A stretch of DNA of 63,237 bases, filler included, from Stramenopiles sp. TOSAG23-6 (taxonomy: Eukaryota): the NCBI GenBank assembly GCA_900128565.1. It is 34 parts of 34 records of this genome, joined end to end, with 100 filler letters (N's around TTAATTAATTAA, not from the genome) between each part and the next. Parts side by side here need not be neighbours in the genome. Positions count along the whole stretch, not along the records: positions 61,490 to 63,237 come from LT638640.1; 33 more parts are not named here. One strand, 5' to 3'. Made by a program: the position numbers and the translations under genes. This document shows, one piece after another, positions 61,847 to 63,237 of this stretch; the first letter of the stretch is position 1, and each line of letters begins with the position of its first letter. The notes under the pieces are model-generated. The model saw only the letters and a program-made list of their open reading frames with translations, did no database searches and was not told the origin of the DNA.

Positions 61847-62620
61847 CTAGTTTTCGTTATGAACGTCACATATGAAGTCTATGATAGAGCTCAAAGACTT
61901 GCCGCCCGTCTTTGCTGAGCAGCTACCAAAAGTCACTTCAGACGGACTATCAATATCAAATTTGAATTCTTTGCCTTCTAAACCAAGCAATAGCTGTGAA
62001 TCAGCATCATCTGTAGATTCTAAAGATGACCGTGTTTCTTTTAACAAATTAAGCTCGGTTTCAAGCAAAGTCTTGATCTCTTCCGGTTGTTTCACTGACT
62101 TATCTTTTAAGTCATTCTTATTACAGGCAATGAAAATAGGAGGCTGTCGCGAATCAATGACTCTGTTTGTCAAAATTTCTGCCAGATATTCGGCGACATT
62201 ACGCAAATTGATATCAGTAGAATCAATTAAAAATATAATTCCACCTGTCTCTTCAAAGAAACGGGTGCATTCTGTACGAGTGCGTGGATGGCCTGGCACA
62301 TCTACTACAGTAACTGATGAATCCACACCACTAATTGTACCTGTCTTTCTTGTGACTTTCATCGAAGTGACGCTTTTAGGAAAAATTTCATGAAATAATT
62401 GATTTAACATAACTGTCTTTCCTGAGCCCATGTGACCCAACAATAATATTGTTTTCCCATTCTTTGTGCTCTTTCCAGAAAAGCAAAGTGAAATAAACAA
62501 AAAGACCAGAATTCCCAGTATAGCAGTTAACATAACGAGAACCACTGTCTCATCGATTCCTAAATTGCCCCCTAATTGTAATAGAGCACTGTTCATTTTT
62601 TTCACTATTGTATTTTCCAT
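61847..62620 (-). CDS. SRPRB: Signal recognition particle receptor beta subunit
   Basis: N-terminal TM, GHMGSGKT, VVDVPGHPR, IACNKND and LETELNLLKETRS. Confidence 0.93.
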   Translation of the reverse strand: MENTIVKKMNSALLQLGGNLGIDETVVLVMLTAILGILVFLFISLCFSGKSTKNGKTILLLGHMGSGKTVMLNQLFHEIFPKSVTSMKVTRKTGTISGVDSSVTVVDVPGHPRTRTECTRFFEETGGIIFLIDSTDINLRNVAEYLAEILTNRVIDSRQPPIFIACNKNDLKDKSVKQPEEIKTLLETELNLLKETRSSLESTDDADSQLLLGLEGKEFKFDIDSPSEVTFGSCSAKTGGKSLSSIIDFICDVHNEN

Positions 62621-62746
62621 TGAAATTGTTTGAATTCAATATGCTATTCAACTGAAGTAGTAGCTCGAATGACAAAAAAGTTATACAAGTATATTTATTT
62701 AAGGTTGTTGTTGTTGTTGCTCTCGAGAAGGTTTGACTTGCGCTCG

Positions 62747-62761
62747 AAACCCTAACCCTAG
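62747..62761. promoter_or_regulatory. Telo-box-like motif AAACCCTAACCCTAG
   Basis: About 130 nt upstream of the SRPRB ATG. Confidence 0.5.
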
Positions 62762-62822
62762 CGCTAGAGAAAGAAATTTCATGAATGTTCACATCAACAA
62801 TATCGTAAAACACATTTTTTAT

Positions 62823-63183
62823 TCAAATTTGAATTGCCCCAAGATCTTCGTCAACTCTATCAATATCATTCAATTCATTCGTCGATGTTTTATTTACCCT
62901 ACTAGTACTGGAAATTTTACAACATTTTTTAAATTTTTTACCTGAGCCACAGTGACAAGGTCTATTACGCGAATACTTTTTTTTCTTTTTTGATGACACG
63001 GATTTAGGATTATTCGAATTTTTGCTTGGGTTATTATTATCATTATTAATACACTTTTTATCAATATGGAACGGCATACTTATATCTGTTGTACCATTCT
63101 GACTTCTAATACTATCATAGTGGCAATTTCCTGTGTACGCCAAATGAATATATTTCTGACTTTCCACAGCTTTACTATTACTC
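62823..63183 (-). CDS. OTU-domain/SEC-C motif protein, last exon
   Basis: IHLAYTGNCHYDSIR (OTU His motif) and RNRPCHCGSGKKFKKCC (SEC-C). Preceded by an intron 3' end (...ccaaaatacat). Confidence 0.85.
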
Positions 63184-63237
63184 ATGTATTTTGGAAAAAT
63201 ATTTCAAAAAAAAAAACTAAAATTTGTTAGGTACAAA

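Overview
This window is not one locus. It is about 34 short contigs (~1.75-1.78 kb each, in roughly decreasing length order) joined by an artificial 100-nt spacer (N44-TTAATTAATTAA-N44). The DNA is AT-rich eukaryotic nuclear sequence in the standard genetic code. MetH and RPL4 look stramenopile-like (inference), and several chimeras and duplications suggest a single-cell/MDA or metagenomic assembly. Recognisable gene fragments include metH, NCKAP1, OSCA/TMEM63, TMTC, ZFYVE26, 6PGL, CRY-DASH, SART3, CEP164, glutathione reductase, TMEM145-like, a USP, cereblon, a 5-phosphatase, myosin, JmjC, RPL4, Sel1-MYND, GCNA/SprT, an RBR ligase, mS38 and SRPRB. The main finding is a high-copy family of ~90-200-nt inserts that interrupt conserved reading frames, almost always in the sense orientation of the host gene. 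By hand I count about 45 complete and about 25 truncated copies. Consensus: exon-AT|GTAYGTTTT-(T-rich)-TTTCRTACGAAATTTYGTACCTAAC-(T-rich)-GAAATATTTTTYCAMAATAYAT|exon. Removing them restores conserved protein motifs, yet most end in AT rather than AG. This points to an introner-like family of non-canonical GT-AT introns with a yeast-like donor, a palindrome next to a CCTAAC branch site, a 2-nt boundary duplication and short terminal inverted repeats. A few antisense copies appear to have become coding sequence. A 15-mer telo-box-like motif recurs upstream of four genes.
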